Assembly (NCBI GenBank): GCA_964533945.1
Contig: CAZHPA010000006.1
Span: 157 to 64,156, forward strand
Length of the DNA stretch: 64,000 nt
Reading direction: 5' to 3'
From: an uncultured Defluviitaleaceae bacterium
GTDB taxonomy: Bacteria; Bacillota; Clostridia; Lachnospirales; WRBF01
A model generated the notes under the pieces. The model ran no database searches. It was not told the origin of the DNA and worked only from the letters and a program-made list of their open reading frames with translations. The position numbers and the translations under genes are program-made. This document shows, one piece after another, positions 26,913-36,689 of this stretch. Each line of letters begins with the position of its first letter. The stretch's first letter is position 1.

Positions 26913-27644
26913 ATGTTATTTGGATTTAATAGATTCGGTAAACCTACAAATAACCAATATAGCAATCAATCCGGACAGCAAAATCGGCAAAATAATAATC
27001 AATATCCGGCGGTACAACAGCAAAATATGCAACAAAACGGGCAGCTAACACAACAACAGCAAGTTGAACAACATAAAGCTTTTGAAGAAGCAAACCGTGA
27101 AGCAATTCAAGAGTTAATTAAATCTTTTAACAATCAAGGTGATAAGCTGCAAGAAAATACTAAAAAAGAAAATATTAAAACTGAAAATGTTAAAAAAGAA
27201 AATACTAAAACCGAGCAAAAACCTAAAGTAGAACAAATCTCTAAAAGCCCAATTGAATCAAAACAATTAAAAATTACAGAATTTGCACAAGGCGAAAGCA
27301 ATGGGGAAAGCTATTATAAACATCTTTCAAGTATTGCCCCAACGCCTTATTTTAAATCGTTGCTTTTAGAAATTAGCGAAAACTGCACAAAGCGAAAGCA
27401 AGCGTTTTGCGAAATACATAAAGAATTTTATAATTCTACAATTGAAATACAGCAACTTTCAATTAATAAGGCAGAAAGCTTTTCTGAAGGAATTGAATAT
27501 GCAATAGTAGAAGAAGCAAAAAGCATTGCAGAACTTAGCGGCTTTTTCTCTGAAATTAAGCTTAAAGACCAAAGCAATTTAACATGCCAAATTTTTAAGA
27601 AAATTGCTGATTTGAGTTTCCTTAATTTAATGCTTCGCTATTAA
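26913..27644 (+). CDS. Hypothetical protein with Gln/Asn-rich and Lys/Glu-repeat N-terminal half and a helical C-terminal domain
   Basis: 243-aa ORF. Low-complexity QQNRQNNNQYPAVQQQNMQQNGQ and KKENIKTENVKKENTKTEQK. No recognisable motif. Confidence 0.45.
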   Translation: MLFGFNRFGKPTNNQYSNQSGQQNRQNNNQYPAVQQQNMQQNGQLTQQQQVEQHKAFEEANREAIQELIKSFNNQGDKLQENTKKENIKTENVKKENTKTEQKPKVEQISKSPIESKQLKITEFAQGESNGESYYKHLSSIAPTPYFKSLLLEISENCTKRKQAFCEIHKEFYNSTIEIQQLSINKAESFSEGIEYAIVEEAKSIAELSGFFSEIKLKDQSNLTCQIFKKIADLSFLNLMLRY

Positions 27645-27647
27645 ACA

Positions 27648-27676
27648 TTGACGCTTAAAATTAGCCATGATATAAT
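27648..27676 (+). promoter_or_regulatory. Sigma-A type promoter upstream of leuA (TTGACG-N17-TATAAT)
   Basis: TTGACG at 27648-53, 17-nt spacer, TATAAT at 27671-76. Confidence 0.5.
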
Positions 27677-27709
27677 ATGAAACAATAATTTAAGTATGGA
27701 GGGGAAAAT

Positions 27710-29365
27710 TTGAATTACAAAAAGTATAAACCATATCCTAAAATGAATATGGCAAATAGAAAATGGCCCGACAACATAATTACTAAAGCTCCTATTTGGT
27801 GTAGCGTTGATTTAAGAGATGGTAATCAAGCGCTTGAAGTTCCAATGACATTAGACCAAAAAATTGAATTCTTTAATTTTTTAGTTAAAATAGGGTTTAA
27901 ACAAATAGAAATAGGCTTTCCGGCAGCTTCGGAAACAGAATTTAAGTTTACAAGGGAATTGATTGAAAAAAATTTAATTCCCGATGATGTAATAGTTCAA
28001 GTTTTAACACAATCCAGAGAACACATAATTAAGAGAACATTTGAAGCGCTTGATGGTGTTAAAAAAGCTGTTGTTCATTTATACAATTCAACATCAAAGC
28101 TTCAGCGAGAAGTTGTTTTTGAAAAAGGCGAATCGGAAATAATTGACTTGGCAGTCTATGGCGCTAATACAATGAAGGAATTAGCCAAAAAATATGGGGA
28201 AGAACGCTTTATTTTTGAATATTCGCCGGAAAGCTTTACAGGAACAGAGCCAGAATTTGCAGTTTCAATATGTAATGCTGTTTTAGATGTTTTAAAACCT
28301 GCAAGTCAAAATAAAGTAATAATAAATTTGCCTGCAACGGTTGAAATGTCTACGCCTAATATTTTTGCAGACCAAATAGAATATATGTGTTCTAAGCTAA
28401 AGTATCGTGACAACATAATTGTTAGCGTTCATGCCCATAACGACAGGGGAACAGCAGTTGCGGCAACAGAGCTTGGAATTATGGCAGGAGCAGACAGAGT
28501 TGAAGGAACGCTTTTTGGAAACGGCGAAAGAACGGGAAATGCTGATATTTTAACTTTATCAATGAATTTATATTCACAAGGAATTGACCCTTTAATAGAT
28601 TTATCTAAAATTGACCAAGTTGTTGAAATATATGAACGCTCAACAGGATTAAGTGTTCACGAGCGGCATCCATATGCTGGGGAATTGGTATATACAGCTT
28701 TTTCCGGTTCTCATCAAGATGCAATAAGCAAAGGGCTTGCAAAATTAAAAGGCGACATTTGGGAAGTTCCATATTTGCCTATAGACCCTATTGACGTTGG
28801 AAGAACATACGACCCCATAATTAGAATTAACAGCCAATCGGGCAAAGGTGGAATTGCTTTTATATTACAGCAAGGCTTTGGATTGCAAGTTCCTAAAAGA
28901 ATGCTTGCAGATTTTAGCATTGCCGTTAAAAACGCATCCGACCAAAACAATCAAGAATTAACTTCTGAAAATGTTTCTTTGCTGTTTAAAAACGAATATA
29001 TAAATTTAAATAACTATATTTCGCTAATAAAATATGATGAAAGTGCAAACGGTGAAACAAGAATTTCAGCTGAAATAGCAGTTGAAAGTAAGCTACGCCA
29101 AATAGCAGGCGTTGGAAACGGGCTTATTAGCGCTTTTTGCAACGCATTAAAAGAAAGCCTTTCTATTGAATTTGAAGTTGTTAATTATAGTGAACATTCA
29201 TTAGATTATGCATATGGCACAAAATCAAGAGCGATAACATATATAGAAATTGTTGACCAAAACAAAGTATCATATTTTGGAGCCGGCATTAGCCGAAATA
29301 TTAGCAAATCTTCAATTAGAGCCGTTGTTAGTGCAGTTAACAGAATGATAAAATCTTCTAACTAA
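27710..29365 (+). CDS. leuA: 2-isopropylmalate synthase, long (LeuA type 2) form
   Basis: ..WCSVDLRDGNQAL.., ..HAHNDRGTAVA.., and a C-terminal LeuA dimerisation/regulatory domain. TTG start after GGAGGGG. Confidence 0.9.
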   Translation: MNYKKYKPYPKMNMANRKWPDNIITKAPIWCSVDLRDGNQALEVPMTLDQKIEFFNFLVKIGFKQIEIGFPAASETEFKFTRELIEKNLIPDDVIVQVLTQSREHIIKRTFEALDGVKKAVVHLYNSTSKLQREVVFEKGESEIIDLAVYGANTMKELAKKYGEERFIFEYSPESFTGTEPEFAVSICNAVLDVLKPASQNKVIINLPATVEMSTPNIFADQIEYMCSKLKYRDNIIVSVHAHNDRGTAVAATELGIMAGADRVEGTLFGNGERTGNADILTLSMNLYSQGIDPLIDLSKIDQVVEIYERSTGLSVHERHPYAGELVYTAFSGSHQDAISKGLAKLKGDIWEVPYLPIDPIDVGRTYDPIIRINSQSGKGGIAFILQQGFGLQVPKRMLADFSIAVKNASDQNNQELTSENVSLLFKNEYINLNNYISLIKYDESANGETRISAEIAVESKLRQIAGVGNGLISAFCNALKESLSIEFEVVNYSEHSLDYAYGTKSRAITYIEIVDQNKVSYFGAGISRNISKSSIRAVVSAVNRMIKSSN

Positions 29366-29400
29366 ATATATTAGAAAATTTGCTTTAAAAATAAAACTCG

Positions 29401-29446
29401 CAAACCCTACAGTACGATATATGTCGTATTTGTGGGGTTTGTTTTG
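29401..29446 (+). terminator. Rho-independent terminator after leuA
   Basis: CAAACCCTAC...GTGGGGTTTG 10-bp stem followed by TTTTG. Confidence 0.6.
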
Positions 29447-29557
29447 TTAATGTGTCTTATTTTTGCCCATTAAAAATAAAATTTTGTTTGCGTTATGTAA
29501 AAAGTTATGCCAAAATAAAAGTATAATTATAAACTAAAGATAGCGAGCTGATTAAAA

Positions 29558-31273
29558 ATGTTATTAAAAAATTTAATTGACGTTGCTTCAGGAAGAAAAA
29601 AAGCAGCGCTTGTTTTAAAAAATTGTCAAGTTGTTAATGTTTTTACACAAGAAATTTTGAAAGGAGATATTGCCATTGAACAAGGATTTATTGCCGCAAT
29701 TGGCAACTATGACGGCGAAACTTGCATTGATATGCAAAATAAATACGTTTGCCCTGGCTTTATAGACAGCCATGTTCATATAGAATCATCAATGGTAATA
29801 CCGTCGCAATTTGCAAAAGCAATTGTTCCTCGTGGAACTACAACAATAATTGCAGACCCTCACGAAATTGCCAATGTTTGCGGAATTGAAGGCATAAACT
29901 TTATTTTGGAAGACAGCAAAGACTTGCCGCTTGACGTTTATATTATGCTTCCGTCTTGTGTTCCGGCTACACCTTTTGAAGATTCGGGCGCTGTGCTTGA
30001 TGCAGAACACCTTAAAACTTTAATTCAAAATGAACGTGTTAAAGGCATTGGCGAATTTATGAATTATCCGGGAGTAATTAATGCAGCAAGCGACGTTATG
30101 GAAAAGCTTGAAATTGCAAACGGCAAAATTATAGACGGACACGCCCCACGAATTAGCGGACAAGATTTAGCGGCATACGTTGCTTCTGGAATTAAAACAG
30201 ACCACGAATGCACAACAGCTGAAGAAATGCTTGAAAAATTGCGTCTTGGAATGTATATTCAAATTAGAGAAGGAACAACAACAAAAGATGTTAAGCAATT
30301 AGTTAGAGTTATAACCCCGCAAAATTTAAGAAGATGTCTATTTTGCACAGATGATAGACATGCCGAAGACATTTTAGAACATGGGCATATAGATAATAAC
30401 ATTCGTGTTGCAATTAAAAGCGGACTTGAACCCATTGCCGCAATAACTGTTGCAACGCTTAATGTTGCCGAATGCTATGGCTTAAAAGACAGAGGGGCAA
30501 TTGCATCAGGATATAAAGCAGATTTAGTTGTAATAGACGATTTACAGCAATTTAATGTTTTAGAAGTTTATAAAAATGGCGTAAAAGTTTGTGATGAATC
30601 GTTTAATGTATCAGCACAGCAACAAAACATTCGCAACTCCGTTTTAAATACAGTAAACTTTAAGCAGCTTTCTCTTGAATCGTTAAAGCTTAAAATTTCA
30701 TCTAATGATGCTAAAGATAAAGCTTTAGTAATTGGGGAAATTAAACCGGGCAGTTTAATTACACAAGGAGTAATGCGTCAAGTTAAAACTAATAACGGCT
30801 TTTTTGAATACGACAAAGACAGCGATGTTTGCAAAATTGTAGTTGTTGAAAGGCACAAAGCAACAGGCAAAATAGGTCTTGGGCTTATAGAAGGGTTTGG
30901 CATTAAAAACGGAGCAATTGCTTCAACTATTGCTCACGATTCCCATAACATAATTGCCGTATCAGATAACGACAATGACTTACTTTTAGCAATAAACACA
31001 CTTAAAGGCGACGGAGGAATTGTAATTGTTGGAAACGGAGTTGTTTTGGGGCATTTACCACTTCCTATTGCAGGGCTTCTTTGTGCTAAATCTATTGAAG
31101 AAGTTAGTCAAATTACTGAAAATATGCTAAAAACGGCATATTCGCTTGGGGTTAACAAAAATATTAGCCCATTTATGTTTTTGTCTTTTATGGCTTTGCC
31201 CGTTATTCCTTCTTTAAAAATTACTTGCCGTGGGCTATTTAATGTTGAAAAATTTGAGTTTGAAAGTATTTAA
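29558..31273 (+). CDS. ade: Adenine deaminase
   Basis: 571 aa. ..PGFIDSHVHIESSM.., ..IADPHEIANV.., ..HAPRISGQDL.., ..FCTDDRH... Confidence 0.9.
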   Translation: MLLKNLIDVASGRKKAALVLKNCQVVNVFTQEILKGDIAIEQGFIAAIGNYDGETCIDMQNKYVCPGFIDSHVHIESSMVIPSQFAKAIVPRGTTTIIADPHEIANVCGIEGINFILEDSKDLPLDVYIMLPSCVPATPFEDSGAVLDAEHLKTLIQNERVKGIGEFMNYPGVINAASDVMEKLEIANGKIIDGHAPRISGQDLAAYVASGIKTDHECTTAEEMLEKLRLGMYIQIREGTTTKDVKQLVRVITPQNLRRCLFCTDDRHAEDILEHGHIDNNIRVAIKSGLEPIAAITVATLNVAECYGLKDRGAIASGYKADLVVIDDLQQFNVLEVYKNGVKVCDESFNVSAQQQNIRNSVLNTVNFKQLSLESLKLKISSNDAKDKALVIGEIKPGSLITQGVMRQVKTNNGFFEYDKDSDVCKIVVVERHKATGKIGLGLIEGFGIKNGAIASTIAHDSHNIIAVSDNDNDLLLAINTLKGDGGIVIVGNGVVLGHLPLPIAGLLCAKSIEEVSQITENMLKTAYSLGVNKNISPFMFLSFMALPVIPSLKITCRGLFNVEKFEFESI

Positions 31274-31290
31274 TTATTAAAGTTAAGGCT

Positions 31291-31317
31291 GAACGGCTTG
31301 TAGCCGTTCTTCTTTTG
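31291..31317 (+). terminator. Rho-independent terminator after ade
   Basis: GAACGGC-TTGTA-GCCGTTC followed by TTCTTTTG. Confidence 0.65.
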
Positions 31318-31350
31318 CTATAGTTAAGTAAACGCTAAAGGAGAATAAAA

Positions 31351-32226
31351 ATGGAACCACTTATACTTAAAAACGTAAGCAAGAAGTACAAAGACTTTGC
31401 GTTTGACAACGTAAGCTTTTCTGTTTCAAGTGGGGCAATAATGGGGTTTGTTGGGGAAAACGGAGCAGGAAAAAGCACGGCAATAAATTTAATTTTAAAT
31501 TTAATTAAAAGAGATAGCGGGGAAATTTTTGTTTTGGGGAAAGAAAGCAAAACACAGCTAGAAAGCGCAAAAGAAAATATCGGTGTTGTTATGGATACGT
31601 GCTATTTCCATGATTGCCTAAATGCTAAAAGCGTTAATGCTATACTAAAAAGTATTTACAAAACATGGAATGAATCTAAGTTCAAAAAATATTTAAAAGA
31701 ATTTTCGCTGCCCGAAAACAAAACCGTTAAAGAATATTCTAAGGGCATGAAAATGAAGCTTTCAATTGCCGCTGCCCTTTCCCATGACAGCAAGCTATTA
31801 ATTTTAGATGAAGCAACAAGCGGACTTGACCCCATTGTAAGAGATGAAATATTAGACATTTTGCTCGAATTTGTTGAAAATAAAACTAATTCAATTTTAA
31901 TTTCGTCCCATATAATAAGCGATTTAGAAAAAATATGCAATTACATTACTTTTATACATAAAGGTAAAGTTATTTTCACATCTCAAAAAGATGAACTTCT
32001 TAACAGCTATGGAATAATTAAATGTTCGGAGCAAGACTTAGTGCAAATAAGCAGCGAATACATAGTTGGCGTTCGCAAAGGCTTGGTTAATTCTAATAAT
32101 TCTAATATAGAAGCATTAGTTTTAAAAGATAAAATTAGCAAAATGTTGCCCGAACCCGAAAAAATAGCAATTCAAAAAGCAACGATTGAAGAAATAATGC
32201 TATATCACATTAAAAAGAAGGTGTAG
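31351..32226 (+). CDS. ABC transporter ATP-binding protein (ABC-2 subtype)
   Basis: GENGAGKST Walker A, YSKGMKMKLSIAAAL signature-like, LLILDEATSGLD Walker B. Confidence 0.85.
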   Translation: MEPLILKNVSKKYKDFAFDNVSFSVSSGAIMGFVGENGAGKSTAINLILNLIKRDSGEIFVLGKESKTQLESAKENIGVVMDTCYFHDCLNAKSVNAILKSIYKTWNESKFKKYLKEFSLPENKTVKEYSKGMKMKLSIAAALSHDSKLLILDEATSGLDPIVRDEILDILLEFVENKTNSILISSHIISDLEKICNYITFIHKGKVIFTSQKDELLNSYGIIKCSEQDLVQISSEYIVGVRKGLVNSNNSNIEALVLKDKISKMLPEPEKIAIQKATIEEIMLYHIKKKV

Positions 32227-32229
32227 GAT

Positions 32230-32850
32230 ATGAAAGGGCTAATTTATAAAGATTTATTAATTATAAAAAAACACTCTGGTATTTTTATAGCACTATCATT
32301 ATTTTATATTATTATGGGAATTATGAATGAAAGCGTTTCGACGTTTGCCGGATTTGTTTCTATTATTTGCGCAACATTTCCAATAACAACACTAAGCTAT
32401 GATGAAAAGGCGTATTGGGATAGGTACGCACTAACAATGCCTATTTCGCGTAAAAATTTAGTTCTTTCTAAATATATTTTAGGTATTTCATTGTCTTTTG
32501 CGGCTTTTGCTTTAAATGTTATATTTCAGCTTATATTAGGCACACAAACAATACAAGAAACTTTGCTAACTTCTGGTTTGTTTTTTGCCATTGGTTTAAT
32601 AATTTTAGATATTAATTTAGTAATTATTTTTAAGTACGGAGTTGAAAAGGGAAGGATTTTAATGCTAGGTGTACTGCTTGCCCCAACGGCGATTGTAATG
32701 TTTGTATCAAAATTAAATAAAGTAACCCCGCAAAATTTGGAACAAATATTTAAATTGTTGCCTTTTATTGTGCCTGTTGGGCTTATTTTATTAACAATTG
32801 CTTCAATTGCAGCATCTATACATGTATACAATAACAAGCAAATATCATAG
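32230..32850 (+). CDS. ABC-2 family transporter permease
   Basis: 206 aa with six hydrophobic segments, immediately after the ATPase. Confidence 0.7.
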   Translation: MKGLIYKDLLIIKKHSGIFIALSLFYIIMGIMNESVSTFAGFVSIICATFPITTLSYDEKAYWDRYALTMPISRKNLVLSKYILGISLSFAAFALNVIFQLILGTQTIQETLLTSGLFFAIGLIILDINLVIIFKYGVEKGRILMLGVLLAPTAIVMFVSKLNKVTPQNLEQIFKLLPFIVPVGLILLTIASIAASIHVYNNKQIS

Positions 32851-33590
32851 AGCAGCCAACCACCCCAAACTTAGCTAGAAGCTTGTAGCTAATATTTAAA
32901 TTACCGCGTACGGCTAATTGACTGCAGCCCTTCGGATATTTTAAGAAGCAGTGTTGTCTGCAGATGCGAAGTATCTACAAGCAACACAAATAAACTTATT
33001 ACGAGTTTTACGATTCTTTTTATCTATATGCCCACAATTTGGGCAAGTTCTTGAAGTGTTTCTAGGGTCTACAAAAACAATAGGCACTCCTATTATTTTT
33101 GCTTTATATTCTATAAACTGACGCAATTGATAAAATGCCCAAGAAGAATGTTTTAATCTCTGCGCCTTTTTAACCGTTTTCTCAGTACGTGTGCGTATTC
33201 CTTTTAAATCTTCTAAAGGCTATACCACATTGAGTGCCTTTGGCTTTTAAAACAATCTTTTTTGATATGATATGGTTAATATCTTTAGCAAAACTTTTTT
33301 CTTTTTTACTTCTCTTTTTAAGAAGACGTTTTGCAGATTTTGTACCTTTAGCTTGAAGCTTTTGGCGAAGTTTATTATGTCTTTTGCGAATAGAATTTAG
33401 TTTACTTCCCGAAAATACTTCTTCTGTGCTGTCAACAGAGCTTCTAATAAAATTTTAAAAATATTACGGCTTCCTCCTTGCGGCTAAAGATTGGGCTTTA
33501 GCTGTTGAAATGTTGTGGTAACATATTCGCCCACCTAAAGGGGCGAGAGAATTCCTCACGGTGGTTAAAACCATTTAAGTTAATACCTTG
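32851..33590 (-). pseudogene. tnpB: Decayed TnpB element: 3' half of tnpB with frameshift and in-frame stops, its tail, and an upstream TTTAG-loop hairpin
   Basis: Minus-strand translation ..GIALEDLKGIRTRTEK..(frameshift)..SSWAFYQLRQFIEYKAKIIGVPIVFVDPRNTSRTCPNCG..FICVACRYFASADNTAS*NIRRAAVN*. The N-terminal half is missing. Hairpin at 33527-46. Confidence 0.7.
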
Positions 33591-33674
33591 ACAACAACAA
33601 TCGACAAATGTATGCTATAAGTAACTAAATTCGATTTGTGAAAAATTTATAAAAAACTGAAGCAAGGTGTTAAA

Positions 33675-36600
33675 ATGAAACCTATAACTTTGAAAATAAT
33701 GGGATTAAATAGCTTCGAGGAACAGCAAACAATTGACTTTGAAAAACTTGCTGCCGCAAAGCTTTTTGGAATATTCGGTTCAACGGGAAGCGGGAAATCA
33801 ACTATAATAGATGCAATAACTTTAGCTTTATACGGTGAAATTGCAAGAAGTGACTCTTTAAAAAGCAAGAAGCAATTTATTAATGCAAACAAGCAATCGG
33901 CATATGTTTATTTTGAATTTGCGCTGCACGATAAAACATATGTTATAGAACGAAGCTATAAATATAAAAAGAATGAAGCTACGTTAAGCATTATTAGGTT
34001 TTATGAAAAAGGCGGCAATGTTATTGCAGATAAAGCGACGGATGCCAAAAAACAAGTTGAAAAAATAATCGGGCTTGAATACAAAGAATTTTTGCGCTCT
34101 GTAATTTTGCCCCAAGGAAAATTCCACGAATTTTTATTTTTAGAAGGCACCGAAAGACGCAAAATGCTTGAGAATATTTTTGATTTAGAGCTTTACGGAG
34201 AAGCTCTTAGAAGTAAAGTCTCAGAAGTTTATAAAAAAAATTATGAAAAACTTGAATCTTGCCGAGAAAGGCTTGAAGAACTTAAATGCATTTCGGAAGA
34301 TGAAATTGAATCAAAAAAGATTCAACTTGAACAAAAGCTTGAACTTTGCAAAGATTTAAATAATAAACTAAAATCGCTTTCAAGCGAAGAAGAAAAACTT
34401 GTCAGCTTAAACAGTGCATTAGAAGAACTTAACACTCTGTTTGAGCAAATGATAGAGCATAAAAGCCAGCAGCAATATATATGCAAACTAGAGGAAGATA
34501 TAAAAAAATCTGAAATTGCTTCCAAAATTAAGCCAATAGCAGATGAAGTTTTATCAATAAAAGAAAGGCTTGAAAACAATATTAAAAGCTTTGAGCAACA
34601 AAATAACATTTTAGACCAACTTAACATTCAAAATAACAAGCTTTCGCAAAAATTAGAGGAAGCAAGGAAATTAAGGGAACAACAACAGCCCGTTTTAATA
34701 AAAAAAATAACAGATTTGCAATCTGTTTTAAAGCTAGACGAGCAAAAGCAAAAAGTCGAAAAACAACTTAACACTTTAATGTCAAGTTATAGTAAATGTA
34801 AAACTAGAAGCGGCAACTTAGATAAAGAAGTTAAAAAATCAGAAGATGAAATAGACCCAATTGTAAAAAAACTAGAAAGCATTAAAAATCGCAAAATCCA
34901 AATTAAAGTTTCCTATGAGTATAGAACGCAAGTTAATGATGCGCTAAATATTAGCAAAAAGATTTTAGAATTAGAGCAATCTATAAACAAGAAGCAACAG
35001 CTAATTAAACCCGAATTGCTTGAACAAATTTCTATTTTGGAAAAAGAAGCCGAACAAAAAAATGCTTTAATTAAACATTTGCAAATGGAGCAAGGAGCAG
35101 CATTTTTAGCGGCTCAATTAAGCCAAGGGGATACATGCCCTGTTTGTGGTTCAACTATATTAAAAAATATTGCTAAACTTGACCAAGATTTTAGCAAGCT
35201 TTTGCAAAAAGAACAAGAGGAATTAAACCAAATTAATAAAAAGCTTCAAGAACAAAAAGTTAATTCTGAAATTTCAAAGCAAACCGAACAGCTTTTACAT
35301 AGCGATTATGAACAGCTTAAAGAATTAAAAGAAGCTTTAAGTAACATTAATCTTCCGGCTTGCGGAATAGAAAATATAGAAAATATAAGCCGTCAAATAA
35401 TTAACCAAGACAAAGAACTTGCAAAACTTGAAACCGAACAAGCCAAGCAAGAAGAATTAATTTTATGCAAGGAAAAAGAACTTAGAGTTAAAATGCAAAA
35501 TCAAAACGAAATTACAACAGAAATGCTCATTTTAGAAGCAAATATGGAAAACAAAAAAGAGGAAATTAAAAGCCTGGAACATAAAATTAAGGAAATAACA
35601 GGGCAGCCTAATTATTCTATTAAAGAACTTTTAGATATGGCAGAAAGCGAACTTTTAAGTATAAAACAAAATGCCGAAAACTTAGAAAGCAAGTTTAAAA
35701 AATCGCAAACCGAACTGCAACTTCACCAAACATCAAAAGCAACGTTAAATACAACAATTAATATTTTAGAAGAAACATACGCAAAACAGCAGCAGCAACT
35801 TGACTTAGCACTACATGAAACAGAATATAGCGATGCTAACTTAGTTATTTCCTTTTTACTTGACAACGTGGAAATTTTGCGTCAAAATGTTAAAAAACAC
35901 TTTGAAAAAGAAAGCTTTATAAAAAACAATATAGAAAGAGTTACTGAAATACTCAATTCAAAAGATTTTGAAATAAACTCCGAAAACATAAAATCAAAAC
36001 TTGCAGATGTTAGTTTAAATGTTTGGAAATTAAAAAACAGCATTTTGGAAATTAATAAAAAAATTAAAGATACAGATAAAGAAGCAATAATTTTAGAAGC
36101 AAATATTAATGATATGATAAAAAAGCTTGAAACCAAAAAAGAACTTGAAGAAAAAAGAAAAACTCTTGAAAATAAAACTAACTTACTAAAACAGCTTGAT
36201 AGTTTGTTAAAAGGCGGAAAATTTATTAAGTTTGTTGCACAACAGCATTTAAAATATGTTGTTTTTGAAGCTTCTACCAGACTTATGAATATGACCGCTA
36301 ATAGATATTCTATAAAAACTAACAGTGAATCGGATTTTTTGATATGCGACTACATGAATGGAGGAAAAGAACGTTCGCCGAAAACGCTATCCGGCGGCGA
36401 AATATTTATGACATCGTTGTGTTTGGCATTGGCTCTTTCTTCAAAAGTTCAGCTTAAAAATAATGCGCCCCTTGAGTTTTTCTTTATGGATGAAGGTTTT
36501 GGGTCGCTTGATGAAAAGCGACTTAATGTTGTTTTAAATTGCCTTGAAAGCCTAAAGCACGAAAACATGACTATAGGCGTTATTAGTCATGTTGAAGAAT

Positions 36601-36680
36601 TAAAAGAGCGCATACCTTCAAAGTTAATTGTTGAAGAAGCGGTTTTGGGCAAATGCGGCACAAAAGTTAGCTATTATTAG
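33675..36680 (+). CDS. sbcC: SbcC/Rad50-like AAA ATPase (exonuclease SbcCD subunit C family)
   Basis: 1001 aa. N-terminal FGIFGSTGSGKSTIIDAITLALYG Walker A. Long coiled coil with a CPVC zinc hook (GDTCPVCGS). C-terminal LSGGEIFMTSLCLALAL signature and FFFMDEGFGSLD Walker B. Confidence 0.8.
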   Translation: MKPITLKIMGLNSFEEQQTIDFEKLAAAKLFGIFGSTGSGKSTIIDAITLALYGEIARSDSLKSKKQFINANKQSAYVYFEFALHDKTYVIERSYKYKKNEATLSIIRFYEKGGNVIADKATDAKKQVEKIIGLEYKEFLRSVILPQGKFHEFLFLEGTERRKMLENIFDLELYGEALRSKVSEVYKKNYEKLESCRERLEELKCISEDEIESKKIQLEQKLELCKDLNNKLKSLSSEEEKLVSLNSALEELNTLFEQMIEHKSQQQYICKLEEDIKKSEIASKIKPIADEVLSIKERLENNIKSFEQQNNILDQLNIQNNKLSQKLEEARKLREQQQPVLIKKITDLQSVLKLDEQKQKVEKQLNTLMSSYSKCKTRSGNLDKEVKKSEDEIDPIVKKLESIKNRKIQIKVSYEYRTQVNDALNISKKILELEQSINKKQQLIKPELLEQISILEKEAEQKNALIKHLQMEQGAAFLAAQLSQGDTCPVCGSTILKNIAKLDQDFSKLLQKEQEELNQINKKLQEQKVNSEISKQTEQLLHSDYEQLKELKEALSNINLPACGIENIENISRQIINQDKELAKLETEQAKQEELILCKEKELRVKMQNQNEITTEMLILEANMENKKEEIKSLEHKIKEITGQPNYSIKELLDMAESELLSIKQNAENLESKFKKSQTELQLHQTSKATLNTTINILEETYAKQQQQLDLALHETEYSDANLVISFLLDNVEILRQNVKKHFEKESFIKNNIERVTEILNSKDFEINSENIKSKLADVSLNVWKLKNSILEINKKIKDTDKEAIILEANINDMIKKLETKKELEEKRKTLENKTNLLKQLDSLLKGGKFIKFVAQQHLKYVVFEASTRLMNMTANRYSIKTNSESDFLICDYMNGGKERSPKTLSGGEIFMTSLCLALALSSKVQLKNNAPLEFFFMDEGFGSLDEKRLNVVLNCLESLKHENMTIGVISHVEELKERIPSKLIVEEAVLGKCGTKVSYY

Positions 36681-36689
36681 GAGGGCTTA

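Noticed and set aside
29447-29557. Purine riboswitch upstream of adenine deaminase, and a T-box upstream of leuA (27645-27709)
   Set aside because: No purine-riboswitch core (no conserved three-way junction sequence) is visible. The leuA leader is only ~35 nt after the promoter, too short for a T-box.
33675-36680. Interpreting the SbcC-like ATPase as part of a defence system (Lamassu/Wadjet/Gabija-like SMC ATPase)
   Set aside because: No partner effector or accessory genes are adjacent and the neighbours are housekeeping (rRNA methyltransferase, RDD protein). The sequence features are those of canonical SbcC/Rad50.
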